Of a stretch of DNA of 64,000 bases, positions 58,001 through 64,000 are shown piece after piece (position 1 is the first letter of the stretch; each line of letters begins with the position of its first letter). Made by a program: the position numbers and the translations under genes. The notes beneath the pieces are model-generated. The model was not told where the DNA came from and ran no database searches. It saw only the letters and a program-made list of their open reading frames with translations. The stretch spans positions 19,530,001-19,594,000 of the forward strand of contig OZ059899.1 of assembly GCA_964057225.1 (NCBI GenBank), written 5' to 3'. The DNA is from Auanema rhodensis. Taxonomy: Eukaryota; Animalia; Nematoda.

Positions 58001-61000
58001 CAAATTGTTATCGATATTGGTGCATGGTAACCATGACTTTGAAATTTACGTGAACTTTATTTTATGCTACATAAATGTACACGTGGTGTGCACTCGGTAT
58101 GTATCTCGCTTCACGTGAAAGATAAAGAGATGCGGTTTCCAAAATTAGATTCCCCATGTCCATATTAGTCTAAAAACAGTTTTTTACTGATATTGGTGCA
58201 TGGTAACCATGATTTTGAAATTTACGTGAACTTTAATTTATGCTAATTAAATTTACACATGGTGTGCACTCGGTATGTAACTCGCTTCACGTGAAAGATA
58301 AAGAGATGCGGTTTTCGAAATTAGATTCCCCATGTCCATATTAGTCTAAAAACAAATTTTTATTGATATTGGTGCATGGTAACCATGACTTTGAAATTTA
58401 CGTGAACTTTAATTTATGCTAATTAAATGTACACGTGATGTGCACTTGGTATGTAACTTGCTTCACGTGAAAGATAAAGAGATGCAGTTCTCAAAATTAG
58501 ATTCTCCATGTCCATATTAGTCTAAAAACAAATTTTTATTGATATTGGTGCATGGTAACCATGACTTTGAAATTTACGTGAACTTTAATTTATGCTAATT
58601 AAATGTACACGTGATGTGCACTTGGTATGTAACTTGCTTCACGTGAAAGATAAAGAGATGCGGTTTTCAAAATTAGATTCCCCATGTCCATATTAGTCTT
58701 AAAACAAATTTTTATTGATATTGGTGCATGGTAACCATGACTTTGAAATTTACGTGAACTTTAATTTATGCTAATTAAATGTACACGTGGTGTGCACCCG
58801 GTATGTAACTCGCTTCACGTGAAAGATAAAGAGATGAGGTTTTCCCAATTATATTCCCCATGTCCATATTAGTCTAAAAACAAATTTTTATCGATATTGG
58901 TGCATGGTAACCATGACTTTGAAATTTACGTGAACTTTATTTTATGCTACATAAATGTACACGTGGTGTGCACTCGGTATGTATCTCGCTTCACGTGAAA
59001 GATAAAGAGATGCGGTTTCCAAAATTAGATTCCCCATGTCCATATTAGTCTAAAAACAGTTTTTTACTGATATTGGTGCATGGTAACCATGATTTTGAAA
59101 TTTACGTGAACTTTAATTTATGCTAATTAAATGTACACATGGTGTGCACTCGGTATGTAACTCGCTTCACGTGAAAGATAAAGAGATGCGGTTTTCAAAA
59201 TTAGATTCCCCATGTCCATATTAGTCTAAAAACAAATTTTTATTGATATTGGTGCATGGTAACCATGACTTTGAAATTTACGTGAACTTTAATTTATGCT
59301 AATTAAATGTACACGTGATGTGCACTTGGTAAGTAACTCGCTTCACGTGAAAGATAAAGAGATGCAGTTCTCAAAATTAGATTCCCCATGTCCATATTAG
59401 TCTAAAAACAAATTTTTATTGATATTGGTGCATGGTAACCATGACTTTGAAATTTACGTGAACTTTAATTTATGCTAATTAAATGTACACGTGATGTGCA
59501 CTTGGTATGTAACTTGCTTCACGTGAAAGATAAAGAGATGCGGTTTTCAAAATTAGATTCCCCATGTCCATATTAGTCTTAAAACAAATTTTTATTGATA
59601 TTGGTGCATGGTAACCATGACTTTGAAATTTACGTGAACTTTAATTTATGCTAATTAAATGTACACGTGATGTGCACTTGGTATGTAACTTGCTTCACGT
59701 GAAAGATAAAGAGATGCGGTTCTCAAAATTAGATTCCCCATGTCCATATTAGTATTAAAACAAATTTTTATTGATATTGGTGCATGGTAACCATGACTTT
59801 GAAATTTACGTGAACTTTAATTTATGCTAATTAAATGTACACGTGGTGTGCACTCGCTATGTAACTCGCTTCACGTGAAAGATAAAGAGATGCGGTTTTT
59901 AAAATTAGATTCCCCATGTCCATATTAGTCTAAAAACAAATTTTTATCGATATTGGTGCATGGTAACCATGACTTTGAAATTTACGTGAACTTTAATTTA
60001 TGCTAATTAAATGTACACGTGGTGTGCACTCGGTATGTAACTTGCTTCACGTGAGAGATAAAGAGATGCGGTTTTTAAAATTAGATTCCCCATGTCCATA
60101 TTAGTCTGAAAACATATTTTTATTGATATTGGTGCATGGTAACCATGACTTTGAAATTTACGTGAACTTTAATTTATGCTAATTAAATGTACACGTGATG
60201 TGCACTTGGTATGTAACTTGCTTCACGTGAAAGATAAAGAGATGCGGTTCTCAAAATTAGATTCCCCATGTCCATATTAGTATTAAAACAAATTTTTATT
60301 GATATTGGTGCATGGTAACCATGACTTTGAAATTTACGTGAACTTTAATTTATGCTAATTAAATGTACACGTGGTGTGCACTCGCTATGTAACTCGCTTC
60401 ACGTGAAAGATAAAGAGATGCGGTTTTTAAAATTAGATTCCCCATGTCCATATTAGTCTAAAAACAAATTTTTATCGATATTGGTGCATGGTAACCATGA
60501 CTTTGAAATTTACGTGAACTTTATTTTATGCTACATTAATGTACACGTGGTGTGCACTCGGTATGTAACTCGCTTCACGTGAGAGATAAAGAGATGCGGT
60601 TTTTAAAATTAGATTCCCCATGTCCATATTAGTCTGAAAACATATTTTTATTGATATTGGTGCATGGTAACCATGACTTTGAAATTTACGTGAACTTTAA
60701 TTTATGCTAATTAAATGTACACGTGATGTGCACTTGGTATGTAACTCGCTTCACGTGAAAGATAAAGAGATGCAGTTCTCAAAATTAGATTCCCCATGTC
60801 CATATTAGTCTAAAAACAAATTTTTATTGATATTGGTGCATGGTAACCATGACTTTGAAATTTACGTGAACTTTAATTTATGCTAATTAAATGTACACGT
60901 GGTGTGCACTCGCTATGTAACTCGCTTCACGTGAAAGATAAAGAGATGCGGTTTTTAAAATTAGATTCCCCATGTCCATATTAGTCTAAAAACAAATTTT

Positions 61001-64000
61001 TATCGATATTGGTGCATGGTAACCATGACTTTGAAATTTACGTGAACTTTATTTTATGCTACATTAATGTACACGTGGTGTGCACTCGGTATGTAACTCG
61101 CTTCACGTGAGAGATAAAGAGATGCGGTTTTTAAAATTAGATTCCCCATGTCCATATTAGTCTGAAAACATATTTTTATTGATATTGGTGCATGGTAACC
61201 ATGACTTTGAAATTTACGTGAACTTTAATTTATGCTAATTAAATGTACACGTGATGTGCACTTGGTATGTAACTCGCTTCACGTGAAAGATAAAGAGATG
61301 CAGTTCTCAAAATTAGATTCCCCATGTCCATATTAGTCTAAAAACAAATTTTTATTGATATTGGTGCATGGTAACCATGACTTTGAAATTTACGTGAACT
61401 TTATTTTATGCTACATAAATGTACACGTGGTGTGCACTCGGTATGTATCTCGCTTCACGTGAAAGATAAAGAGATGCGGTTTCCAAAATTAGATTCCCCA
61501 TGTCCATATTAGTCTAAAAACAGTTTTTTACTGATATTGGTGCATGGTAACCATGATTTTGAAATTTACGTGAACTTTATTTTATGCTACATAAATGTAC
61601 ACGTGGTGTGCACTCGGTATGTATCTCGCTTCACGTGAAAGATAAAGAGATGCGGTTTCCAAAATTAGATTCCCCATGTCCATATTAGTCTAAAAACAAA
61701 TTTTTATCGATATTGGTGCATGGTAACCATGACTTTGAAATTTACGTGAACTTTATTTTATGCTACATAAATGTACACGTGGTGTGCACTCGGTATGTAT
61801 CTCGCTTCACGTGAAAGATAAAGAGATGCGGTTTCCAAAATTAGATTCCCCATGTCCATATTAGTCTAAAAACAGTTTTTTACTGATATTGGTGCATGGT
61901 AACCATGATTTTGAAATTTACGTGAACTTTATTTTATGCTACATAAATGTACACGTGGTGTGCACTCGGTATGTATCTCGCTTCACGTGAAAGATAAAGA
62001 GATGCGGTTTCCAAAATTAGATTCCCCATGTCCATATTAGTCTAAAAACAAATTTTTATCGATATTGGTGCATGGTAACCATGACTTTGAAATTTACGTG
62101 AACTTTATTTTATGCTACATAAATGTACACGTGGTGTGCACTCGGTATGTATCTCGCTTCACGTGAAAGATAAAGAGATGCGGTTTCCAAAATTAGATTC
62201 CCCATGTCCATATTAGTCTAAAAACAGTTTTTTACTGATATTGGTGCATGGTAACCATGATTTTGAAATTTACGTGAACTTTAATTTATGCTAATTAAAT
62301 TTACACATGGTGTGCACTCGGTATGTAACTCGCTTCACGTGAAAGATAAAGAGATGCGGTTTTCGAAATTAGATTCCCCATGTCCATATTAGTCTAAAAA
62401 CAAATTTTTATTGATATTGGTGCATGGTAACCATGACTTTGAAATTTACGTGAACTTTAATTTATGCTACATAAATGTACACGTGATGTGCACTTGGTAT
62501 GTAACTTGCTTCACGTGAAAGATAAAGAGATGCAGTTCTCAAAATTAGATTCTCCATGTCCATATTAGTCTAAAAACAAATTTTTATTGATATTGGTGCA
62601 TGGTAACCATGACTTTGAAATTTACGTGAACTTTAATTTATGCTAATTAAATGTACACGTGATGTGCACTTGGTATGTAACTTGCTTCACGTGAAAGATA
62701 AAGAGATGCGGTTTTCAAAATTAGATTCCCCATGTCCATATTAGTCTTAAAACAAATTTTTATTGATATTGGTGCATGGTAACCATGACTTTGAAATTTA
62801 CGTGAACTTTAATTTATGCTAATTAAATGTACACGTGGTGTGCACCCGGTATGTAACTCGCTTCACGTGAAAGATAAAGAGATGAGGTTTTCCCAATTAT
62901 ATTCCCCATGTCCATATTAGTCTAAAAACAAATTTTTATCGATATTGGTGCATGGTAACCATGACTTTGAAATTTACGTGAACTTTATTTTATGCTACAT
63001 AAATGTACACGTGGTGTGCACTCGGTATGTATCTCGCTTCACGTGAAAGATAAAGAGATGCGGTTTCCAAAATTAGATTCCCCATGTCCATATTAGTCTA
63101 AAAACAGTTTTTTACTGATATTGGTGCATGGTAACCATGATTTTGAAATTTACGTGAACTTTAATTTATGCTAATTAAATGTACACATGGTGTGCACTCG
63201 GTATGTAACTCGCTTCACGTGAAAGATAAAGAGATGCGGTTTTCAAAATTAGATTCCCCATGTCCATATTAGTCTAAAAACAAATTTTTATTGATATTGG
63301 TGCATGGTAACCATGACTTTGAAATTTACGTGAACTTTAATTTATGCTAATTAAATGTACACGTGATGTGCACTTGGTAAGTAACTCGCTTCACGTGAAA
63401 GATAAAGAGATGCAGTTCTCAAAATTAGATTCCCCATGTCCATATTAGTCTAAAAACAAATTTTTATTGATATTGGTGCATGGTAACCATGACTTTGAAA
63501 TTTACGTGAACTTTAATTTATGCTAATTAAATGTACACGTGATGTGCACTTGGTATGTAACTTGCTTCACGTGAAAGATAAAGAGATGCGGTTTTCAAAA
63601 TTAGATTCCCCATGTCCATATTAGTCTTAAAACAAATTTTTATTGATATTGGTGCATGGTAACCATGACTTTGAAATTTACGTGAACTTTAATTTATGCT
63701 AATTAAATGTACACGTGATGTGCACTTGGTATGTAACTTGCTTCACGTGAAAGATAAAGAGATGCGGTTCTCAAAATTAGATTCCCCATGTCCATATTAG
63801 TATTAAAACAAATTTTTATTGATATTGGTGCATGGTAACCATGACTTTGAAATTTACGTGAACTTTAATTTATGCTAATTAAATGTACACGTGGTGTGCA
63901 CTCGCTATGTAACTCGCTTCACGTGAAAGATAAAGAGATGCGGTTTTTAAAATTAGATTCCCCATGTCCATATTAGTCTAAAAACAAATTTTTATCGATA
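55050..64000. repeat. Nested higher-order repeats in array B: 12-monomer (2112 bp), 23-monomer (4048 bp) and 3-monomer (528 bp) offsets
   Basis: CAATTATATT occurs near 56740, 58852 and 62900 (offsets 2112 and 4048). GGTAAGTAAC occurs near 59332 and 63380 (4048). GTGAGAGAT with AAACATATT occurs near 60055, 60583 and 61111 (528). Confidence 0.85.

Larger units (their letters stand above)
32673..64000. repeat. Satellite array B: about 178 head-to-tail copies of a 176-bp AT-rich monomer, continuing off the right edge
   Basis: CATGGTAACCATG recurs every 176 bp (32841, 33017, etc.). Phase shifts I could see are -1 near 33180, -1 near 37930, +1 near 49445 and +15 at 54105. Confidence 0.99.

Noticed and set aside
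1-64000. CRISPR array or diversity-generating cassette system
   Set aside because: There are no unique spacers and no cas, recombinase or reverse transcriptase genes. Whole units are near-identical and variation is limited to shared point variants.
1-64000. Assignment to a named satellite (for example Brassica CentBr 176 bp, Arabidopsis CEN178, Drosophila 1.688/359 bp, primate alpha satellite) or to 5S rDNA, tRNA or snRNA arrays
   Set aside because: Only the lengths are similar. The sequences do not match those families as I recall them, and no 5S, tRNA or snRNA motifs are visible. A BLAST, Dfam or Rfam search is required.

Overview
The window has no credible genes. It consists of two AT-rich, head-to-tail tandem satellite arrays of eukaryotic heterochromatin or centromere type that abut directly. 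Array A (1..32660) has about 93 copies of a 351-bp monomer. Array B (32673..64000) has about 178 copies of an apparently unrelated 176-bp monomer. They are joined by a 12-bp insert (GATTAGACAATG, 32661-32672) pieced together from the sequence on both sides, which looks like a templated end-joining scar. Both arrays show nested higher-order duplications and regional subfamily turnover, and both monomers are rich in dyad symmetries. In the 176-bp monomer, two sets of linked variants change both members of a symmetric base pair together. The repeated 63-aa ORFs are by-products of the 351-bp repeat. I cannot name the organism or the satellite families from sequence alone.
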